Assembly: GCA_964599475.1 (NCBI GenBank)
Contig: CAZRFU010000048.1
Span: forward strand, 1 to 42,041
Origin: an uncultured Thermoanaerobaculia bacterium
GTDB taxonomy: Bacteria; Acidobacteriota; Thermoanaerobaculia; Multivoradales; CAZRFU01
Length of the DNA: 42,041 nt
Reading direction: 5' to 3'
Shown: one piece after another, positions 8,458 through 17,677 of the stretch
How the letters are laid out: each line of letters starts with the position of its first letter
Position numbering within the stretch: the stretch's first letter is position 1
Notes under the pieces: model-generated
Databases searched by the model: none
The model's input: the letters and a program-made list of their open reading frames with translations, nothing else
What the model was told of the DNA's origin: nothing
Made by a program: the position numbers and the translations under genes

Positions 8458-8581
8458 TGCCGTCCTCCACTGACTCGTTGGGGCCGAGACTATCGCGGGA
8501 TCCGGTGGAGGATCGCAGATTCCCAGGGCGCGCTGGGCCCGGCCTGGTACCATGCTCGCACCGGATCGTCGAGGAGGTCGC

Positions 8582-9382
8582 ATGGGCAGTTTGGCCAATC
8601 GTGTCGTCTGGATCACCGGAGCCTCGGCAGGAATCGGAGCCGCCCTGGCGCGAGAGCTCGCCATGCAGCAGGCCAAGTTGGTCCTGTCGGCCCGGCGGGT
8701 CGATCGGCTCGAGGCGCTGGCGCAAGACGTGGCTGCTGCGGGCGCGCCCGAACCGCTGATCGCCCCGCTCGACCTGACCAACTTCGACTCACACGCCCAT
8801 GTAGCCGAGGCTGTTCGGTCCCACTGGGGCCGGATCGACGTGTTGGTCCACAACGCCGGCATCAGTCAGCGCGGCAGCGCCCTCGAGTCCGACCTCGGCG
8901 TCGTCCAGCGCCTGATCGACGTCGACTTGATCGGACCGATCAGCCTGACCCACGCCGCTCTGCCCGCGATGGTCGAGCAAGGTTCCGGCCACTTCGTGGT
9001 GGTCTCGAGCCTGGTCGGCCTCTTCGGCACCCCCAAACGCTCGGCCTACTCCGCTGCCAAACACGGTCTTCACGGCTACTTCGAGAGTCTCGAGGCCGAG
9101 CTCTACGATCAGGGCATCCGCGTCACCATGATCTGCCCCGGTTTCATCAAGACCGAGCTCACCTACCATGCCTTGACCGCGGACGGCAGCGAGCAGGGCA
9201 CGATGGATCGCGCTCAGGCCAAAGGCATGTCCGCCGAGGAGTGCGCCCGGCAGATCGCTCGCGCCATCGCCAACCGGGAATCGTTGGTGCTGGTTGGCGG
9301 TCGCGAGGTGGTCATGGCCCACATCGCCAGGTTTGCGCCATGGCTGTACCGGAGGCTGATCCGGCGCGTCGCGGTGACCTAG
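8582..9382 (+). CDS. Short-chain dehydrogenase/reductase (SDR) family oxidoreductase
   Basis: TGASAGIG NAD(P)-binding motif, NAG motif, and catalytic YxxxK (YSAAKHG). GAGGAGG RBS. Confidence 0.85.
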   Translation: MGSLANRVVWITGASAGIGAALARELAMQQAKLVLSARRVDRLEALAQDVAAAGAPEPLIAPLDLTNFDSHAHVAEAVRSHWGRIDVLVHNAGISQRGSALESDLGVVQRLIDVDLIGPISLTHAALPAMVEQGSGHFVVVSSLVGLFGTPKRSAYSAAKHGLHGYFESLEAELYDQGIRVTMICPGFIKTELTYHALTADGSEQGTMDRAQAKGMSAEECARQIARAIANRESLVLVGGREVVMAHIARFAPWLYRRLIRRVAVT

Positions 9383-9414
9383 GAGGGATCCGGGACTCGG
9401 GAGCCGGGATCCGC
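9383..9414 (+). repeat. G-quadruplex-prone tandem octamer array GGAGGGATCC GGGACTC GGGAGCC GGGATCCG immediately after the SDR stop codon
   Basis: Four GGG tracts with 4-nt loops on the coding strand. A second G-rich tract lies on the minus strand at ~9440-9470, just after the minus-strand gene ending at 9477. Confidence 0.5.
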
Positions 9415-9476
9415 CGGAGTCATGGCGACACCGTCTGCCTTCGGTCTTTTCGGATCCCGGATCTGATCCCTTGTCC

Positions 9477-10511
9477 CTACTCGTCGCCTCCACCGCCCGG
9501 TCGCGGCGGCAACACGTGTACCGGCAGCTTCCAGCCTTGGAGGCGCTTTAGCCGTTCGAGGTCGACCTCCTGCTCGCGCAGGGACGGGTCGCCGGCGAGG
9601 CCAGGGGTGTCGATCTCGAGCTGCGGCGCCCTGCCCGGATCGGTCTCGCCCGGTGGCCGATAGCGGTTGGGATCGCGCAGGCCCGGGTCCTTGATACGCA
9701 CGTTGGGGGGAAGGATCGTCGAACCGCCGTCGGCGTTGGGGTCCAGAGTGCGGTTGATCCCTTCGCCCGGCCCCCGGAATCCGCGCCCCGTTTCGATCCA
9801 CTGCCCGTTGAGGTCACGCACGTAGTTGGTGATGATTCCGGAGCCGTCGGGATTGCGTTGTTCGACCGACCGCAACGCCATCCCCAACACCACCCGACCA
9901 TCGCCAAGCGGGACCCCACGAGGATCGTGGGTGTCGGTGACGATGGTCGAGGTGCCGTCACCGTGATCGTAGGTGGTACGGGTGTCCCCGCCGCCGAGAT
10001 CCTCCACGGTCTTGTCGCCGGTGTAGTCCTTGCCGCGGCTGCCGCTGATCCAGTCGCGGGGATCCATCGAGGGCCGCAGGGCGTCGGCACTCGAACCGGC
10101 GCTGCCCCCGGCATCGCGGTTGTTCGGCAGCTTGGGGAAGCGCGCCGCGTCCGGGTGAGCGCCTTGTGCCGCGTCGCCGCCCAATCGTTGCTGCAACTCG
10201 GCAAGCGCCGAACCCTTGCCGCCGAGCCCGAGATCCGGTCGGATCTGACCGGGCTCGACCGGCCCGGCGACGCTCGGCAGATCGCCGAGGTTGCGGGCAG
10301 CGTTGGCGATCACGGCTCGAGCGGCGTCCGCCAGCCCCATCGATCCTCCCGTCACGCGATCGAATCCGTCGACTTTGGCAGCCTTCGAAGCAGCCCCGGC
10401 CTCGGCCTCTGCCGCACTCTTGGCCGCTGGCGGCTGGATCGCATCCAGTGCCCCCTGTTTCGATGGCTTGGGCTGGAGCAGGCGCTTGGGATCCGACGGG
10501 ATCTTGACCAT
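9477..10511 (-). CDS. Hypothetical Gly/Asp-rich protein with YD-repeat-like motifs (TTYDHGDGTSTIV, ITNYVRDLNGQWIETGRGF); no signal peptide
   Basis: Start MVKIPSDPK with a GGAGG RBS. Composition is not antisense-like. The YD-repeat resemblance is weak. Confidence 0.5.
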   Translation of the reverse strand: MVKIPSDPKRLLQPKPSKQGALDAIQPPAAKSAAEAEAGAASKAAKVDGFDRVTGGSMGLADAARAVIANAARNLGDLPSVAGPVEPGQIRPDLGLGGKGSALAELQQRLGGDAAQGAHPDAARFPKLPNNRDAGGSAGSSADALRPSMDPRDWISGSRGKDYTGDKTVEDLGGGDTRTTYDHGDGTSTIVTDTHDPRGVPLGDGRVVLGMALRSVEQRNPDGSGIITNYVRDLNGQWIETGRGFRGPGEGINRTLDPNADGGSTILPPNVRIKDPGLRDPNRYRPPGETDPGRAPQLEIDTPGLAGDPSLREQEVDLERLKRLQGWKLPVHVLPPRPGGGGDE

Positions 10512-10574
10512 GGTGTCCTCCGCTGGGTTTCTCCCAGTGTACTCTCTCCGCGAGGCCCCGGTTTCGACCCGGTG

Positions 10575-10640
10575 GCCGAGCGGTATCGACCCGGCTACGG
10601 TCGCCAAGCTCACCGACTACGCACGCGCGGTGCACCGCGC
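10575..10640. promoter_or_regulatory. Upstream region of the 9477-10511 gene: two 14-nt direct repeats CGGT(T/A)TCGACCCGG and a perfect 16-nt palindrome GCGCGGTGCACCGCGC
   Basis: Read directly. The palindrome carries the GGTGCACC core shared with the repeat-family box. Confidence 0.3.
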
Positions 10641-10674
10641 TGCCCCCTCTGGCCCTTGACGGCCTCTGGACTGA

Positions 10675-11217
10675 TCAGCCGAAGCGCCGCAGCGACGGAT
10701 CGACCAGCCAGGCCCAGCTGCGACTGAACGGGTGGACGACGCGCACGGGAACGCCGCGGTCGTCCACCACCGGCAAACCTTTCGCCACCCACTCGAAGAT
10801 CGAACCTTCGAGGTTGACGACGTTCACGCCGACAGTCGCCAGACGCCGAGCCAAACGCGCCGACCGCCAGCCGACGGAGCAATAGGCAACGACTTCGGCC
10901 GCGGGATCGACCGCCACGTCGACGGCACGAGCGTTCGGATCTACCCGCATCGCTCCCGGAAGGTGAGAGACGCGATACTCCTCAGGCGTCCGGACGTCGA
11001 GCAGCACCACCGACGCACCGCCTTCGATCTTGGCTGCCAACTGGCCTGTGGTGATCGAGGCGACCTCCGGAAACGATCGGTGCACCATCGCCTTGATCGG
11101 ATCGAGGCGGGACGTCATGTCTCGGCGTTGCCAACGCCGCCAACGCCACGCCGCGCCCGCGAGCAGCCCCGATGCGATTGCACATACCGCCAGTCCCACC
11201 CAGCTTCGCCGACGCAC
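10675..11217 (-). CDS. Membrane-anchored rhodanese-domain sulfurtransferase
   Basis: N-terminal TM helix. Rhodanese fold with active-site Cys loop (VVAYCSVGWRSARLA). Confidence 0.8.
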   Translation of the reverse strand: MRRRSWVGLAVCAIASGLLAGAAWRWRRWQRRDMTSRLDPIKAMVHRSFPEVASITTGQLAAKIEGGASVVLLDVRTPEEYRVSHLPGAMRVDPNARAVDVAVDPAAEVVAYCSVGWRSARLARRLATVGVNVVNLEGSIFEWVAKGLPVVDDRGVPVRVVHPFSRSWAWLVDPSLRRFG

Positions 11218-11252
11218 CAGGACCTCCTCGCCGCCGACGATACACTGCTGCG

Positions 11253-11717
11253 ATGACTCCCCGCCCCAAAGCTGCGGCTTGGCTCGCCTTCGTCGGCGTC
11301 AGTTTCCTCGCCGCCGTGCCCGGTGCCTTCTTCGGCCCAGGCGCGTGGTACGGCGGCCTCGAGCGTCCGTCGTTTGCACCGCCGAACTGGACATTCGGTC
11401 CAGTGTGGACGCTCTTGTACCTGCTGATCGGCACCTCGGGCTGGCTTCTGTGGCGAAGCCACGGGTGGCGCCAATCAGCCCTGGCTTGGTGGGCGGTCCA
11501 ATGGCTGCTCAACGCCGCGTGGACGCCGCTGTTCTTCGGCGCCAGGGCCCTGGGGTTGGCGCTCGTCGAGATGACCGGACTGTGGTTCGCGATCGCCGCC
11601 ACCATTGCTGCCGCGCGACCGCGATCGAAACCCGCAGCCGTGCTGCTGCTGCCGTACCTCGCCTGGGTGAGCTTCGCCTGGATGCTGAACTTCGGATTCT
11701 GGTGGCTGAACCGCTGA
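11253..11717 (+). CDS. tspO: TspO/MBR tryptophan-rich sensory protein
   Basis: Five TM helices, Trp-rich (WYGGLERPSFAPPNWTFGPVWTLLY…WWAVQWLLNAAWTPLFF). Divergent from the rhodanese gene. Confidence 0.8.
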   Translation: MTPRPKAAAWLAFVGVSFLAAVPGAFFGPGAWYGGLERPSFAPPNWTFGPVWTLLYLLIGTSGWLLWRSHGWRQSALAWWAVQWLLNAAWTPLFFGARALGLALVEMTGLWFAIAATIAAARPRSKPAAVLLLPYLAWVSFAWMLNFGFWWLNR

Positions 11718-11961
11718 CCCTTACTTTCGTCAGTGGTCGCCGGCGCGGGTCTGGGCGAAGCTGGGAGACGCAGGCGGTCGAGCCAGGTCCGCACTCCTGG
11801 GCTTCGCGCTCCTTGGCTCGATCGCCTGCGCCTGACTCGATGGCGAAGTGCCGGAGCTCGACCGGCACCCGCTCCGCGCCGCGCGCGACGAGCCCAACGA
11901 GCCCGACCCCCGCCCTGGAGGGTGGTGCCCCTGCGGGTCGGCTTGGCTGACACTTGATGGT

Positions 11962-12897
11962 ATGGACGGTCCCCTGCCCAAGGTCGGCGAGACCCCGCTG
12001 CTCGAGATCGAAGGCGTCTATGCCAAGCTCGAGTGCGTCAACCCGTGCGGGTCGATCAAAGACCGCGTAGCCCGCTACATCCTCGAAACCAGCCGCGAAC
12101 GCGGGCTCTTGGCACCGGGGCAGCGGATCGTCGAAGCCACCAGCGGCAACACCGGCATCGCGCTCGCCTACTTCGCACGCGAGCTCGGGCACCCGATCAC
12201 GGTGGTGATGCCGGAGAACATGACCGAGGAGCGCAAGGCGATGATCCGCGGCTTTGGCGCCGAGCTGGTCTTGTGCTCGGCCGAAGGGTCGTTTGCCGAG
12301 GCGGCGGCGATTCGGGATCGGCTGGCCGCCGAAAACGGCTGGTTCAACCCGGATCAGTTCTCGAACCCGCTCAACGCCGAGTGTCACGAACACACCACCG
12401 GTGCCGAGCTGGTCGCGCAACTCGGAGGGCGGGAGGTGGGAGCGTTCGTGGCCGGCGTCGGCACCGGCGGAACTCTGGTTGGCGTCGGCTCCGCGCTCAA
12501 GACGAGTTACCCCGACCTCCGGATCGTGGCCGTCGAACCCGAGGAATCTGCGGTGATGAGCGGCGGTGCACCGGGCGAGCATGGAATATCGGGTATCGGC
12601 GACGGCTTCGTTCCGGCGCTCGCGACCGACGGCGGCCACGGCTTGCACCCGCTGATCGACGAGGTCCTCTGCGTACCGACCACCGAAGCGGTGGCAGCGG
12701 CACAACGACTCGCGCGCGAGCATGGCGTTTGCGTCGGCGTTTCGTCGGGCGCCAACTTCGTCGCGGCACAACGCCTGCGACCGCGCTTCGGGGCGATCGC
12801 CACGGTCTTTGCCGACGGCTTCACCAAGTACCAGTCGCGTGGCCTGTTCCGGTGCGAGCCGGGTCGATGCCCGTACGAGCACGAGCTGGTCCGCTAG
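11962..12897 (+). CDS. cysK: Cysteine synthase (O-acetylserine sulfhydrylase, PLP-dependent)
   Basis: PLP-Lys motif (CVNPCGSIKDR), TSGNTG motif and GTGGT loop. Whether it is CysK or CysM is not resolved. Confidence 0.85.
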   Translation: MDGPLPKVGETPLLEIEGVYAKLECVNPCGSIKDRVARYILETSRERGLLAPGQRIVEATSGNTGIALAYFARELGHPITVVMPENMTEERKAMIRGFGAELVLCSAEGSFAEAAAIRDRLAAENGWFNPDQFSNPLNAECHEHTTGAELVAQLGGREVGAFVAGVGTGGTLVGVGSALKTSYPDLRIVAVEPEESAVMSGGAPGEHGISGIGDGFVPALATDGGHGLHPLIDEVLCVPTTEAVAAAQRLAREHGVCVGVSSGANFVAAQRLRPRFGAIATVFADGFTKYQSRGLFRCEPGRCPYEHELVR

Positions 12898-12990
12898 CAC
12901 CCCTCCGCGGCGCACCCGGTCGACCAAAGACCGGTCCCTGGTCCCTGGTCCCAGATCCCCAGCACGCGTTGCCCAGTACCCGGTAACCCG
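12898..12990. repeat. Intergenic repeat copy C: box variant CCTCCGCGGCGCACCCGG, heptamers GGTCCCT x3 (12931-12960), then CAGTACCCGGTAACCCG
   Basis: Immediately after the cysK TAG. The minus strand gives a G4 motif (GGGG ATCT GGG ACCA GGG ACCA GGG). Confidence 0.55.
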
Positions 12991-13059
12991 ACGAGCGGCG
13001 GAAATTGGCGAGCGATGTCCGTCTCTCTGGCTGTCACCAGCCAGAGGAGGACCCTTTTC

Positions 13060-13431
13060 ATGTTCGGACGTTCGTCGCCTCGCCGCCTCACCCAACGTCG
13101 CCGATCCCACCGCCGGCGGTGGCGGGGACTGCTGCTCGCGGCACTGCTCACGCCGGCACTGGCCCAGGGCACCGATCTCCCTCCCGAGCCTGAGCTCGAG
13201 CCGGAGGGAACCACCGCCAGGCTCACCTTCACCATCGACTCGGGCGGCGGCACGTCGAGCTTCGGGACAACCGAGCTCACCGGCACCGTCGGCCAACCCG
13301 ATATTGGTGTCGCCACTGCCGGATCGATCGCGTTGATCGGCGGCTTCTGGGGCCGCGGCGTCCCCGATCACATCTTCACCGACGGCTTCGAGTCGGGCGA
13401 CTCGAGCGCCTGGTCGGCCACTGTCCCCTGA
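13060..13431 (+). CDS. Small secreted protein (~123 aa) ending in the shared tail ...[19 protein letters not shown]; upstream partner of the collagen-like gene
   Basis: GAGGAGGA RBS before the ATG at 13060. Arg-rich n-region plus hydrophobic signal ([17 protein letters not shown]). Gly/Thr-rich beta-like body. The stop lies 19 nt before the collagen-like gene start. Confidence 0.65.
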   Translation: MFGRSSPRRLTQRRRSHRRRWRGLLLAALLTPALAQGTDLPPEPELEPEGTTARLTFTIDSGGGTSSFGTTELTGTVGQPDIGVATAGSIALIGGFWGRGVPDHIFTDGFESGDSSAWSATVP

Positions 13432-13450
13432 TCTCGTGGAGGAATCAACC

Positions 13451-15460
13451 ATGTCAGCTCGCCTCGCGTCCAGCCTGATGGCGCTTGCTCTTGCCCTGGT
13501 CACGGGCACCGGCATCGCCCAATCGACCAACTTCACCTACCAGGGCCGCCTGCTGCAAGGCAACACACCGGCCAACGGTCTGTTCGACTTCGAGTTTCGC
13601 GCCTTCGACGATCCTTCGGGCGGCAGCCAGGTGGGATTCGTCTCGACCCATCTGAACGTCGACGTCGACCGCGGGCAGCTGCAGGTCGTGGTCGACTTCG
13701 GCCCCGGGGTGTTTGTCGGTGACCCGCTGTGGATCGAAATTTCGATGCGCCCAGCAGGTGCCGGCCCGTACGACATCCTGAGCCCGCGCCAGCTGGTCAC
13801 GCCCGCACCTCTGGCGATCAACGCCGACACCGTCGACGGCTTGGATTCGACCGAGCTGCAGGGGCAAACCGGCCCAGCCGGCCCCCCCGGGCCGGTCGGC
13901 GCGCCCGGCATCGATGGCCTCGACGGCACCGCGGTGCTGCACGGCGCCGGGGTTCCGAGCGACGGCCTCGGCATCGACGGGGACTTCTTCCTCGATACCA
14001 CCTCCACGAGCCTCTGGGGCCCCAAGGCCGGCGGCACCTGGGTCGGATCCGGGCCGGTTGCCTTGATCGGTCCGACCGGCGCCCAAGGTCCGCCGGGGGC
14101 CACCGGTCCCGCAGGTCCGGCAGGCCCCCAGGGTGACACCGGCGCGACCGGTGCCACCGGTGCGACAGGCGCAACGGGAGCAACGGGTCCGCAGGGCATC
14201 CCCGGTCTCGACGGCCGCACCGTGCACTCCGATGCAGCCTCTCCAGGTGACGGCGTCGGCGCTGACGGCGACTTCTTCATCGACACCACCGGGCCGGCAC
14301 TCTGGGGCCCGAAGGCCTCCGGAACCTGGGCCGGCACCGGTCCGACCTCGATGGTTGGGCCAACCGGCGCGACGGGAGCCCAAGGTCCACAGGGTGATCC
14401 CGGTCCGCAGGGACCGATCGGCGCCACCGGGCCGCAGGGCGCCACCGGGCCACAGGGCGCGGTTGGTCCGCAGGGCCCTGCCGGGCCCCAGGGACTCCAA
14501 GGCGACGCCGGCCCAGCTGGACCGCAAGGTCCTGCGGGACCCCAGGGATCCCAGGGCGACCCCGGCCCAACCGGACCGCAGGGCCCCGCCGGCCCACAAG
14601 GGCTGCAAGGCGACACCGGCCCCGCCGGACCGCAAGGTGATCCCGGGATCCAAGGCCCTGCCGGCGCTACCGGCCCACAAGGTTCCGCCGGCCCCCAGGG
14701 AGACCCCGGCGCGACCGGAGCCCAAGGAGATCCCGGGCCGCCAGGGCCTCCCGGGGCACAAGGGCCGATGGGTCCGCAGGGGCCCCAGGGTGAACAAGGG
14801 ATCCAGGGCGAACCGGGCCCGGCCGGGCCCAGCGGCACCCCGGGTGGTGGCACCAACCGCGTGATCCGATGGAACGTCTTCAGCACCTACGACCAGAATG
14901 CCGGCTGGCTGGCCGCGAACAACGCCGACCTGTTCGGGGGCGTCAACCCGTCGAACTGGACCGACAACAACTACCGCGCCGACCAGATGAGCAGCAACAA
15001 GGACGTTCTACGCGCGCTGCTGACCCGCAAGGGGTACCCCGGCAACGACATGTTGCTGTACGCCGAAACCTGGGGCTACTACTCCTCGACCAACGGCCGG
15101 GTGGTGGTGGCGCTGGTGCGGATTCGCAACACCACCTTGGCGCCGATCGACTGGAACGTACGCTTCCACCACACCTGCTACCAGAACTGGAGCGAGCTTG
15201 CGAGCATCGCCGTCAATGGGGTCTTGCACTGGAGCTCCGCCCCACCGGCACTGAACTGCTCCTCGCAGACGCCGCTCAACACCACCATCTCGATCCCCGC
15301 CAACCGCACCAGCAGCGTGGTCTTCGTCTCGACCTCGAGCATACCGTCGGGCACCACCCGTTCGACCCTGATGGCCTTCTCGAACAACACTTTCCTGCTG
15401 CCGGCCGGGCTCGAGCTGGTCGACGACTTCGAAACCGCCACCGGAGGCTGGGAGCAGTAG
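13451..15460 (+). CDS. Secreted collagen-like triple-helix repeat protein with N-terminal FTYQGRL... domain and a sequon-rich C-terminal globular domain
   Basis: GGAGGA RBS before the ATG at 13451. Signal peptide. Three G-X-Y runs (~200 residues in total). Internal duplicate G(I/A)DGDFF(L/I)DTT...LWGPKA(G/S)GTW(V/A)G(S/T)GP. C-terminus [14 protein letters not shown] loosely resembles the shared tail. The C-terminal domain has many N-x-T/S. Confidence 0.85.
   Translation: MSARLASSLMALALALVTGTGIAQSTNFTYQGRLLQGNTPANGLFDFEFRAFDDPSGGSQVGFVSTHLNVDVDRGQLQVVVDFGPGVFVGDPLWIEISMRPAGAGPYDILSPRQLVTPAPLAINADTVDGLDSTELQGQTGPAGPPGPVGAPGIDGLDGTAVLHGAGVPSDGLGIDGDFFLDTTSTSLWGPKAGGTWVGSGPVALIGPTGAQGPPGATGPAGPAGPQGDTGATGATGATGATGATGPQGIPGLDGRTVHSDAASPGDGVGADGDFFIDTTGPALWGPKASGTWAGTGPTSMVGPTGATGAQGPQGDPGPQGPIGATGPQGATGPQGAVGPQGPAGPQGLQGDAGPAGPQGPAGPQGSQGDPGPTGPQGPAGPQGLQGDTGPAGPQGDPGIQGPAGATGPQGSAGPQGDPGATGAQGDPGPPGPPGAQGPMGPQGPQGEQGIQGEPGPAGPSGTPGGGTNRVIRWNVFSTYDQNAGWLAANNADLFGGVNPSNWTDNNYRADQMSSNKDVLRALLTRKGYPGNDMLLYAETWGYYSSTNGRVVVALVRIRNTTLAPIDWNVRFHHTCYQNWSELASIAVNGVLHWSSAPPALNCSSQTPLNTTISIPANRTSSVVFVSTSSIPSGTTRSTLMAFSNNTFLLPAGLELVDDFETATGGWEQ
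13860..14830 (+). repeat. GGN-rich collagen-encoding tandem repeats, including a perfect (GAT)5-coding run (~14139-14190)
   Basis: Read directly. Explains the long proline-rich antisense ORFs 13454..14797 and 13537..14886. Confidence 0.7.
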
Positions 15461-15467
15461 CGTCGAG

Positions 15468-15555
15468 CCGGTGGGTGCACCGGCGCGCTGATGGGGCCGG
15501 CGAGCGGCGCTGCAACCGGAGGGGACCGGGGACCGGGGACCAGGGACTTTTCCGG
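15468..15555. repeat. Intergenic repeat copy D: GGTGGGTGCACCGG near-palindrome, then GGAGGGGACC GGGGACC GGGGACC AGGGAC (G4 motif on + strand), then TTTTCC
   Basis: Immediately after the collagen-like gene TAG. Confidence 0.55.
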
Positions 15556-15754
15556 AGCGCGCATCCGCCGACACCAAGGTCCGCCCCGGGGGCTTCGATG
15601 AGGCCTCCGGGGTTCGCCTCAGGTGGCTTCCTGCTTGGTACACTCGTCGGGCCCGAGGCGGTCCGGCGACGGCCTCGAATGAGCCGGTGGGCGAGGGATC
15701 TTCGCCATTCCTCCCACACCGGCCTCGCCCGGCCACCACCATCAGGAGACCGCC

Positions 15755-17407
15755 TTGTCGACGTTGCGAGCCTCGCGCCTTCATCTCACCGCCTGCCTCC
15801 TTCTGACCGCCACCGGCACCGCGTCCTTTGCCGCAACCCTGGAGGCACCGCGCAAAGTCCAGGCAGGAGCCGAGATCACCGTGCAGTGGTCGGCCACCGT
15901 CGGCGAGGGGGACTTCATCAGCCTCGACCCTTCCGGCGCCCCCGACCACGAATACGGCGATTGGGTCTACCCCGGTGACGAGAGCACCGTCACCTTTCAG
16001 GCGCCGGGAGCTCCGGGCTCCTACGCGGTGCGCTACCACTCGGGTGGGGCCGGCTACAAAGTCTTGGCGACGGCACCGGTGGAGGTCGTCGCAGCCACCG
16101 CGACGGTGCGTGCGCCGGCGAGCGCAGCGGCTGGAGCCACGATCGAGGTTTCGTGGGACGGTCCCCTCAACCAGGGTGACTTCGTCAGCATCGACCCCGC
16201 CGGCGCCCCGGACCACGAGTACGGCGCCTACGTCTACGCCGACCGCGGCAATCCCGCCTCCTTGCCGGCACCCGACAGCGCCGGACCCTACGAAGTGCGC
16301 TATCACCTCGGCGCCAGTGGCTACGCCGTGATCGGATCGAGCCCCCTGACGGTCTCCGCCACCAGCGCCAGCGTCAAAGTCGCCACCCCCGTCGTGGCCG
16401 GCGAAACCTTCGAGGTTGCCTTTACCGGGCCCAACAACGAGAACGACTTCATCACCATCGTCCCCGAGGGCACTGCCGAGCGAGAGTACGGCAACTGGGC
16501 GGCGACTCGCCTCGGCAGCCCGGCGAAGCTCGAGGCGCCCAAACGAGCCGGTCGCTACGAGGTGCGCTACGCCACCGGCCAGGACTACCGCACGCTCGCG
16601 CGCGCCGCGGTCGAAGTGAGCCCTGGCCGACGCGGATCGCTGCGGGTGGTGGGCCGGACCGGCGGCACTGCGGCGACGGCTCCGGGAGCGGTCGAGGTGA
16701 TCCTCGACGCTTCGGGCAGCATGCTCCAGAAGATCGAAGGGACGCGGCGCATCGAGCTCGCCCGTGCTGCCCTGCTCGACCTGACCGGCTCGGCGCTCTC
16801 CGCCGGGACGCCTTTCGCCCTGCGCGTCTTCGGTCATCGCGAGGCCAACTCCTGTCGCACCGATCTCGAGCTGCCGCTCGCGGCGCTCGATCCGGCCAAG
16901 GCGTCCGCCACGATTGGGTCGATCGAGGCCAAGAACCTCGCCAAGACCCCAATCGCCGACTCCCTTCGGCGCGTGCGCGAGGACCTCGCCGCGGCTTCCG
17001 GGCGGCGAGTTGTGGTGCTGATCACCGACGGCGAGGAAACCTGCGGCGGCGACCCGGCCGCAGCGATCCGTGAGCTGCGCCAGGCAGGCATCGAGGTCGA
17101 GGTGTCGATCGTCGGTTTTGCCATCGACCAGCTGGCGCTCAAAGAACAGTTCCGCTCCTGGGCCAAGCTCGGTGGCGGGCTCTACCTCGATGCTGCCGAC
17201 GGCGAAGCGCTGCAGAAGGCGGTGCGCGGCGCGGTCGCGACGAGTTTCGATGTCGTTCAGGGCGGAAAGGTCATCACGACCGGGGCGGTCGGTGGCCCCG
17301 CGATTGACCTGCCGGCCGGAGGCTACGCGGTGCAAGTCGCCGGCCGGACCGTCGGCGAGGTGAGCATCGCCGCCGGCAAAGAAGTGGCGTTCACGCTGCC
17401 ACACTGA
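15755..17407 (+). CDS. Secreted VWA-domain protein with three tandem ~95-aa N-terminal repeat domains
   Basis: TTG start with a CAGGAGA RBS. Signal peptide. Three repeats carrying G(D/N)F(I/V)S(L/I)DPAGAPDHEYG...YEVRYH. C-terminal VWA fold with a DxSxS MIDAS motif (ILDASGSM) and ITDGEE. Confidence 0.8.
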   Translation: MSTLRASRLHLTACLLLTATGTASFAATLEAPRKVQAGAEITVQWSATVGEGDFISLDPSGAPDHEYGDWVYPGDESTVTFQAPGAPGSYAVRYHSGGAGYKVLATAPVEVVAATATVRAPASAAAGATIEVSWDGPLNQGDFVSIDPAGAPDHEYGAYVYADRGNPASLPAPDSAGPYEVRYHLGASGYAVIGSSPLTVSATSASVKVATPVVAGETFEVAFTGPNNENDFITIVPEGTAEREYGNWAATRLGSPAKLEAPKRAGRYEVRYATGQDYRTLARAAVEVSPGRRGSLRVVGRTGGTAATAPGAVEVILDASGSMLQKIEGTRRIELARAALLDLTGSALSAGTPFALRVFGHREANSCRTDLELPLAALDPAKASATIGSIEAKNLAKTPIADSLRRVREDLAAASGRRVVVLITDGEETCGGDPAAAIRELRQAGIEVEVSIVGFAIDQLALKEQFRSWAKLGGGLYLDAADGEALQKAVRGAVATSFDVVQGGKVITTGAVGGPAIDLPAGGYAVQVAGRTVGEVSIAAGKEVAFTLPH

Positions 17408-17677
17408 CGAATGACCGTCGCCCGGGCGCCCAGAAGCGCCGTCGCGTTTTCTGGGCATGGAGGGTGGAGGCTCGACGATCGCACCGTCGGCGGCTCGGCT
17501 GCGCTTGGCGGCCCGGCGCCGGGGCTGCGGCTGACGGCGGGTGCGTCGCGAAGAGGTGCGCGCGCAACGCGCACCCTGGGGCGCTCCCGCGGCCCGTACA
17601 TCAGAACGCCGGCCCGATTCTCCTCCTGCCGGGGTGCGTGTCGAAGGGCTGCCTGGGGCACCTGCTACGCTCCCAGG

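Noticed and set aside
6489-8725. Long minus-strand ORFs 6489..8432 (647 aa) and 7505..8725 (406 aa)
   Set aside because: Arg/Ser/Ala/Pro-rich, low-complexity and antisense to the well-supported SPFH and OsmC genes. Long stop-free antisense frames are expected at ~70% GC.
13436-13450. GTG at 13436 as the collagen-like gene start (track ORF start)
   Set aside because: No RBS upstream of it. The GGAGGA sits between it and the ATG at 13451, which starts the signal peptide.
11509-13536. Minus-strand ORFs 11509..13536 (675 aa) and 10982..11953, antisense to cysK and tspO
   Set aside because: Typical antisense composition with no motifs. The + strand genes have clear family signatures and RBSs.
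13454-14886. Minus-strand ORFs 13454..14797 and 13537..14886 (Pro/Gly-rich)
   Set aside because: Reverse complement of the GGN collagen repeats, a mirror artefact of the collagen-like gene.
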